Assembly: GCA_963699255.1 (NCBI GenBank)
Contig: OY969425.1
Coordinates: 1,230,001 to 1,262,000 of the forward strand
Direction of reading: 5' to 3'
DNA from: an uncultured bacterium
GTDB lineage: Bacteria; Margulisbacteria; WOR-1; CAVSGV01
DNA: 32,000 nt
The position numbers and the translations under genes were made by a program. Shown here one piece after another: positions 27,801 through 32,000 of this stretch. A model generated the notes under the pieces. The model did not search any database. It saw only the letters and a program-made list of their open reading frames with translations, and had not been told where the DNA came from. How positions within the stretch are numbered: position 1 is the first letter of the stretch; each line of letters starts with the position of its first letter.

Positions 27801-29400
27801 CTGTGCATACACTTGATATCCCTGATAAATTTGCATACTTGGTTGATCCGGTACAAACAGATGCGCTCCCACTCAATACCGCATAATTGGAAGTATTCGC
27901 ATTGCCTGTACACACACTTGATATACCTGATAGTGCTGCATAATTGGTTGATCCGGTACAGCTTGATGCTGTCCCACTCAACGCAGAGTAGTTGGATGTA
28001 TTAGCGCTGCCTGTGCACACACTTGATATCCCTGATAAATTTGCATACTTGGTTGATCCGGTACAAATAGATGCTGTTCCACTCAATGCTGCATAGTTGA
28101 CGGTCCCGGTACATATAGATGCTGTCCCACTCAACACAGAGTAGTTCGATGTATTAGCGCTGCCTGTGCATACACTTGATATACCTGATAAAGCTGCATA
28201 ATTGGTTGATCCGGTACAAATGGATGCTGTTCCACTCAATGTGGCATAGTTCGCACTATTCGCACTGCCTGTGCACACACTTGATGTCCCTGACAGTGCC
28301 GCATAATTGGTTGATCCGGTACAAATAGATGCTGTTCCACTCAATGCTGCATACTTTACTGATCCCGTACAGACAGATGCTGTTCCGCTCAACACAGAGT
28401 AGTTCGATGTATTAGCATTACCTGTGCACACACTGGATATACCTGATAGAGCTGCATAATTAGTTGATCCGGTACAGCTTGATGCTGTTCCACTTAATGC
28501 TGCATAGTTGGATGTACTCGCGCTACCTGTACATATACTGGATATACCTGATAGATTTGCATAAGTGACAGACCCTGTACAACTGGATGCTGTTCCACTC
28601 AATACTGCATACTTTACTGATCCCGTACATGCGGATGATGTTCCGCTTAACACTGCATAGTTAACAGTCCCTGTACAGGCTGATGCTGTCCCACTCAATA
28701 CCGCATAGTTTGATGTATTCGCACTGCCTGTGCATACACTTGATATCCCCGATAAAGCTGCATACTTTACCGATCCCGTACACGCGGATGATGTTCCGCT
28801 CAATGTCGCATAGTTCGCGGTTACTGATACTGATGTGGAGGTCACATTGATAAGCGCCGAGCCATCTCCGTAATATTTACCTGTCGACCCCTCTATGGAT
28901 GCTCCCATAGCTCCCACCTTAAGATTCCCTGTTATATTGGCGTTTGCCGTCTGCGCTTCCGTTGTGTTCATGATGTACCTTTGGTCCGCATTCCCTTGGG
29001 CGATACCTCCTCCTCCTCCCATCCCCGATTCTGATGATATCGCCCTGAACGCGTACGGTGCCGCCGCCAGCAGCTGGTGCGGCGTCATGTCTTCTCCCCC
29101 AACGTTCAGCCCGATCTCATATTGATTGCTGAAATCTACGCTCGTGGGAATGGGACCCAGCATTTCATTGATGTTCCCCTGACTGTCAGGAGTAACCGTT
29201 GATGTCTGCGACCACAGCGATGTCCCGCTGGATGAATCGTACAGCGTGAAGATTATCACCTTGGGGTCTGTGATAGGCAGGCCGCTTGTTTTGTCCAGTA
29301 ACCTACCTTGAAAATATATGGTGCGGGGGATAGCTGCAAGAACGGAGAAAGATAATATCGTCAGGAAAACAAAGAAAAAGAAAAACACCTTTTTTTGCAT
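24844..29400 (-). CDS. Giant Cys-rich repeat surface-fibre candidate, paralogue 3 (1518 aa) with glycine-rich phage-adhesin-like C-terminal domain
   Basis: Same N-terminus; repeat array; C-terminus 'FISGGTFTVPSGVKTVWVTMCGGGGGGGTG...VTPGASISVGVGQGGTGG...GTQGFVLVEY'. Confidence 0.93.
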   Translation of the reverse strand: MQKKVFFFFFVFLTILSFSVLAAIPRTIYFQGRLLDKTSGLPITDPKVIIFTLYDSSSGTSLWSQTSTVTPDSQGNINEMLGPIPTSVDFSNQYEIGLNVGGEDMTPHQLLAAAPYAFRAISSESGMGGGGGIAQGNADQRYIMNTTEAQTANANITGNLKVGAMGASIEGSTGKYYGDGSALINVTSTSVSVTANYATLSGTSSACTGSVKYAALSGISSVCTGSANTSNYAVLSGTASACTGTVNYAVLSGTSSACTGSVKYAVLSGTASSCTGSVTYANLSGISSICTGSASTSNYAALSGTASSCTGSTNYAALSGISSVCTGNANTSNYSVLSGTASVCTGSVKYAALSGTASICTGSTNYAALSGTSSVCTGSANSANYATLSGTASICTGSTNYAALSGISSVCTGSANTSNYSVLSGTASICTGTVNYAALSGTASICTGSTKYANLSGISSVCTGSANTSNYSALSGTASSCTGSTNYAALSGISSVCTGNANTSNYAVLSGSASVCTGSTKYANLSGISSVCTGSANTSNYAALSGTASVCTGSTNYAALSGISSVCTGSANTSNYSVLSGTASTCTGSVNYSVLSGTASMCTGTVNYAVLSGTSTSSTNSIYATLSGTSSICTGSANTSNYAVLSGTASVCTGSTKYADLSGISSTCSGNAKTAGYAVLSGTSTTSTNAVYATLSGTSSICTGSANSANYAVLSGTASMCTGTVNYAVLSGTSTTSTNSIYATLSGTSSICTGSANTSNYSVLSGTASMCTGTVNYAVLSGTASTCTGSVSYATLSGISSVCTGSANTSNYSVLSGTASTCTGSVNYSVLSGTASTCTGTVNYAVLSGTSSSCTGAVSYSTLSGTSSRCTGSVSYAVLSGTSTTSTNAIYATLSGISSICTGSANSASYAALSGTSSACTGSVKYAELSGTSSACTGSVKYADLSGISSACTGSVKYANLSGISSICTGSANSASYAALSGTSSSCTGSAPYAALSGTSSVCTGSANSASYAALSGTSTMCTKQATYALLAATASDCSTGHAKDANYAALSGTSTLCTKQANYAILSSVASICTGHARDANYADLSGTSTVCSVRANYAILSATATACSGTGYYLNSSGLKVDTNDLFVSGGNVGIGTTGPGTKLDVAGNVRLSGTHLVYNSANGVIDWGGSSGGNLYLRTLSSQGNIDNYSDRVTILNNGNVGIGTTNPASKLNVEGSQISTFTGATRGMLSLSGAYTAGRYTPIDFLYSSGSNPNARIAAYFDNSGSKLMFGTSNNYTTGITNTSMVIDSVGNVGIGTTNPGYKVDVQGGAINASGGIYNNGTLISSHGKQRFISGGTFTVPSGVKTVWVTMCGGGGGGGTGRNYYGGGGGGGAAVIAESVSVTPGASISVGVGQGGTGGQLGATEWGNPGGDSSFGSYVAGGGSAGYSGYTGGNGGHGGNGGTCTNCTGGVNGGRGQDTCGANTSRGGGSAFGGGGFYFEDGSVTAAYGYGGGGSGGYQHNAGNGTQGFVLVEY
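26075..28815 (-). repeat. In-frame coding repeat array in paralogue 3
   Basis: Roughly 53 units of 15-20 codons, same family as in paralogues 1 and 2; boundaries approximate. Confidence 0.95.
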
Positions 29401-29461
29401 AATAACCCCCTGTGAATATCATGAATATCAATGGATTCCTTACTTGATCCCTATGCGGTAC

Positions 29462-29489
29462 ATTATATTATATATATGTGGAATTACAA
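29462..29489 (-). promoter_or_regulatory. Putative promoter of paralogue 3 (TTGTAA-N16-TATAAT)
   Basis: -35 complement ttacaa 29484-29489, -10 complement attata 29462-29467. Confidence 0.6.
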
Positions 29490-29563
29490 TAGACTTTTGG
29501 CTCAAAGAAAATAATAAAAACTGTGGGGGGAAAATAAGGAAGAAGATGTCTTTGCTTGTCATA

Positions 29564-29608
29564 AACAAAAAATAATGGCGCGGCCATCTGCTTGCCGCGC
29601 CATTATTT
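29564..29608 (-). terminator. Rho-independent terminator of the PorV-like gene
   Basis: Perfect 15-bp stem AAATAATGGCGCGGC (29570-29584) / GCCGCGCCATTATTT (29594-29608), 9-nt loop, followed on the - strand by a T-rich tract (TTTTTTG). Confidence 0.9.
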
Positions 29609-29625
29609 CGCCAATTAATTTGGCC

Positions 29626-30633
29626 TTATATTATTTCCGATGCCTGTTTTACCGGCTCCTCAGGACCGCCCGTGTAACAGATCGAGAAATAATGCGTTGA
29701 TAGCTCAGAAAAATTAGGATCCTGCCTGTACGCGTAATCGAACCTGAACCCGTCCAGCGTAAGGCCTATGCCAAGCAGATAATTCGTTGATGTCCCTGTG
29801 GTCCCCTCGTCGATCGACGCCGCTTTCTGGTCGATCCCGGCCCTCAGCGCGAGAAGTGGTATTACCTGCCATTCGGCTCCGCCGTGTGCCACCATATCCC
29901 TTCCTCCGTCCAGGTCGAAGTCCGTGTCCAGCGCGACCAGCACATTTTCAATAGCTTTATATGAACATCCCAGCTTGAACAGCCTGGGAAGCGTTTCTTT
30001 CTCCCCGGTGGACCAATCAAGCGATCCAGCCACATTTTGAAGTGTGGCTCCAACGGTCAACCTGCTGGTCGGTGCATACATCGCCCCAAGGTCCAGCTCC
30101 ATTCCGCTTGCGGTCGGTGCATTGCTTATGCTCCCCGAAAGCCCCTGTGAAAGAAACTTTACGTTAGCCCCTACCCCGACTTGCTCGCTGATATCTTTAC
30201 CATATGAGAGGATGAACATCTGGTTCGTATAATCCATTGCTCCGCCTTCGGTTGTTACTCCCCCTACATAATATATATGTGAGCCTGCCGGTGTTGATGC
30301 CCCAACATATCCGATCCCTAAATGACCGTATTGCGTCGGATATGAAAATCCGATCAGCTTGTAGTCTACGGTGTTCAATATCTGTGAACTCATGCTTACA
30401 AAAGAGAGGCTGTTCTGCCTGGCAAGCCCTGCCGGATTCGTGAATATGGCCGATGCGTCATCAGCAAGGCCCGTGTATGCTCCCCCAAGCGCTATCGGGC
30501 GCGCTCCCATCCCTACTTCTGTTATGTCTACCGAGGGTGCGTTGACTGAGCCGTCATCAGCAAAGGATGCGGATATCATCAATATTACCAATGATACCGC
30601 TAAAAATGTTAACTTTAGAACCGTATTCCTCAT
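29626..30633 (-). CDS. PorV/PorQ-family outer-membrane protein (called ORF to 30669; preferred start 30633)
   Basis: MRNTVLKLTFLAVSLVILMISASFADDG signal peptide after GGGGGAGCAA Shine-Dalgarno; 'EVGMGARPIALGGAYTGLADDASAIFTNPAGLA'; C-terminal 'FRFDYAYRQDPNFSELSTHYFSICY'. Confidence 0.9.
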   Translation of the reverse strand: MRNTVLKLTFLAVSLVILMISASFADDGSVNAPSVDITEVGMGARPIALGGAYTGLADDASAIFTNPAGLARQNSLSFVSMSSQILNTVDYKLIGFSYPTQYGHLGIGYVGASTPAGSHIYYVGGVTTEGGAMDYTNQMFILSYGKDISEQVGVGANVKFLSQGLSGSISNAPTASGMELDLGAMYAPTSRLTVGATLQNVAGSLDWSTGEKETLPRLFKLGCSYKAIENVLVALDTDFDLDGGRDMVAHGGAEWQVIPLLALRAGIDQKAASIDEGTTGTSTNYLLGIGLTLDGFRFDYAYRQDPNFSELSTHYFSICYTGGPEEPVKQASEII

Positions 30634-30652
30634 TTGCTCCCCCCTAAAAACC

Positions 30653-30717
30653 GAAAAGAACATTGCCACCTCTAGCTTTGTTCTTTTCTTGCAGATGGCT
30701 GCCCCGCTTTCCGGGGC
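30653..30717 (-). ncRNA. Candidate structured 5' leader (possible riboregulator) of the PorV-like gene
   Basis: Hairpin GCCCCG-gaaag-CGGGGC, then interleaved pairings GCCATCT/AGGTGGC and GAAAAGAACA/TGTTCTTTTC in pseudoknot or alternative-fold topology. Confidence 0.4.
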
Positions 30718-30836
30718 CTTACACTTATATAATCGGGTTATGGGGGATCAAACTTGCATGAATTTCATGGAATATAGAGAGGGATTCTATTGATAAAAAC
30801 AGGAAAAAATGAAAAAAACGCAGAACTAGAGAAGGG

Positions 30837-31736
30837 TTAGTCCATTACCGCCATCTGGCCTTTGGAAAGTATCTTGCTGCTCGAGGTTATCAGATATATG
30901 TAAGCTCCATTCGACACATATTCTCCGAAATCGTTCTTACCATCCCAGTAGACATTGTTCAGGCCCGCTTTTCCGCCTTCTTCTCCGGGATCAAATGACT
31001 TCTGACACACCGCTTTGCCGGTTATGTCATAAATGATCAGCTTTGTGCCGGTATCGGAAGAAAGAGTGTACATTATCGTTGTTCCTTCACCATGCCTCGG
31101 CCTGAATGGATTCGGCACGTTCTTTGGCCTGCTTGTGATAGAAAGTATGCCGGTATGCTTAAGCTGCTTGATCCCGAAGTAGTCGGCTGAACCTCCAAGA
31201 TTTGTGGCTCGGATCCCTACCTCATGGGTTACACCGCTAAGTTCTGTCGCCGGGCTGAACGAAAAATGGTATTTCTTAGGTCCGGTCTTTATCAGGCCTA
31301 CAAGATATTTGCTGCCGTCAACATAGACCTCAACGCTTGTTGAACCCGGTGCCAAGCACTCGTCAAGTATATCAGCTGAAATAACAGGTCTTTCGGAAAT
31401 GGACGTTATCGATGAGGCGGTGCTGCCATCTATGTTGACGTCATAGATGTAGATATCATCGAAAAGCGTGTAAACACAGCCTGAACGCAGCGAATAGCTA
31501 CTGCTCTCCGATGTCCCTACGGGGGATACCTGCCCGACACTGGAATAAAGTTGATAGCTTGATGAAGATGAACTCCCCATGGTGCCTCCGCTGCTAACGG
31601 TTCCTGCCGGCATTGTATAATTTGGGGTTGGCGCTACTGTCGCAAAAGAACCTGTCACGCCAGCGAAGGAAAAAAGGAACAGTAAAAGGCCTGGAATTAT
31701 AAATGATATTAATTTGTGGTTCGATGTTTTTAACAT
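30837..31736 (-). CDS. Secreted protein with C-terminal FlgD-like Ig/T9SS-like sorting-type domain
   Basis: N-terminal hydrophobic signal; '[24 protein letters not shown]'; C-terminal '[51 protein letters not shown]'. Confidence 0.85.
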   Translation of the reverse strand: MLKTSNHKLISFIIPGLLLFLFSFAGVTGSFATVAPTPNYTMPAGTVSSGGTMGSSSSSSYQLYSSVGQVSPVGTSESSSYSLRSGCVYTLFDDIYIYDVNIDGSTASSITSISERPVISADILDECLAPGSTSVEVYVDGSKYLVGLIKTGPKKYHFSFSPATELSGVTHEVGIRATNLGGSADYFGIKQLKHTGILSITSRPKNVPNPFRPRHGEGTTIMYTLSSDTGTKLIIYDITGKAVCQKSFDPGEEGGKAGLNNVYWDGKNDFGEYVSNGAYIYLITSSSKILSKGQMAVMD

Positions 31737-31890
31737 AAAATTTTTATCATTCTACCTGCCAAAACATTTGGATTTCCTGGACACTCGGAATGCATTATAC
31801 AGAATACGCCCGAAATATCAAGGGGAATTAGCCGATGGTCAGTATCCGGGAAAAAGCGAAATTTCAATCAAGTTGTGCTATAATTTTCAC

Positions 31891-32000
31891 ATGCTCAGAT
31901 ATTTAACTGCTGGAGAATCGCACGGAAAAGCAATAATCGCCATATTGGAAGGTATGCCCGCGAACTTAGTGGTTTCTTCACAGGATATAGATAAGGAACT
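31891..32000 (+). CDS. aroC: Chorismate synthase, N-terminal fragment (runs off window)
   Basis: Translation [36 protein letters not shown] matches the AroC N-terminus. Confidence 0.93.
   Translation, partial: MLRYLTAGESHGKAIIAILEGMPANLVVSSQDIDKE

Noticed and set aside
14395-28815. CRISPR-like regular repeats
   Set aside because: Repeat lengths are multiples of three and stay in frame in long ORFs; there are no unique spacers and no cas genes. They are coding repeats.
13127-29400. Prophage tail-fibre locus
   Set aside because: Despite the S74 and polyglycine ends, there are no capsid, portal, terminase, baseplate, holin or integrase genes nearby, the proteins have signal peptides, and flanks are housekeeping genes.
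13127-29400. Diversity-generating retroelement
   Set aside because: No reverse transcriptase ORF and no TR/VR adenine-biased mutation pattern; variation is by unit duplication and block exchange.
30653-30717. Cyclic-di-GMP-I (GEMM) riboswitch call
   Set aside because: A GAAA-containing hairpin and an 'AAAGCUA' string are reminiscent, but the conserved GEMM core order and the enclosing P1 stem could not be recognised, so it was kept only as an unclassified structured-leader candidate.

Overview
This is a bacterial chromosomal window that is mostly housekeeping genes, plus one unusual 16-kb locus. Left part: the 3' end of a FAD-dependent oxidoreductase, a DPM1-like glycosyltransferase and a small EamA/SMR-type membrane protein on the + strand. 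A long minus-strand block follows: ilvD-ilvB-ilvN-(unknown Cys-containing membrane protein)-ilvC-dxr-HicB-like-thrS-infC-rpmI-rplT-BFN nuclease. Right part: a PorV/PorQ-like protein, a secreted protein with a FlgD-like C-terminus, and the start of aroC. The exceptional region is 13.1-29.4 kb, which holds three giant tandem paralogues (1690, 1681 and 1518 aa). Their promoter/leader and N-terminal ~350 codons are almost identical at nucleotide level. Each has an approximately 0.9-1.2 kaa array of 15-20 aa 'YAxLSGTxSxCTGS..' repeats with about one Cys per repeat. Each ends in a different C-terminal module: an S74-type intramolecular chaperone, a 'KNFEIPDPLDP...' domain, or a phage-adhesin-like polyglycine domain. 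A 63-bp relic of the S74-type tail lies just past the stop of copy 3, which suggests past exchange of C-terminal modules. Copy 2 contains exact-register 360-bp higher-order tandem duplications. The best candidate for a new system is therefore a recombining family of Cys-rich surface fibres with interchangeable tips. Function is inferred, not demonstrated. Other observations are a ~100-bp inverted-repeat element present twice, a frameshifted Kelch-like gene inside the locus, a possible pseudoknotted leader RNA upstream of the PorV-like gene, a ThrS without a TGS domain, and a probable non-canonical infC start.
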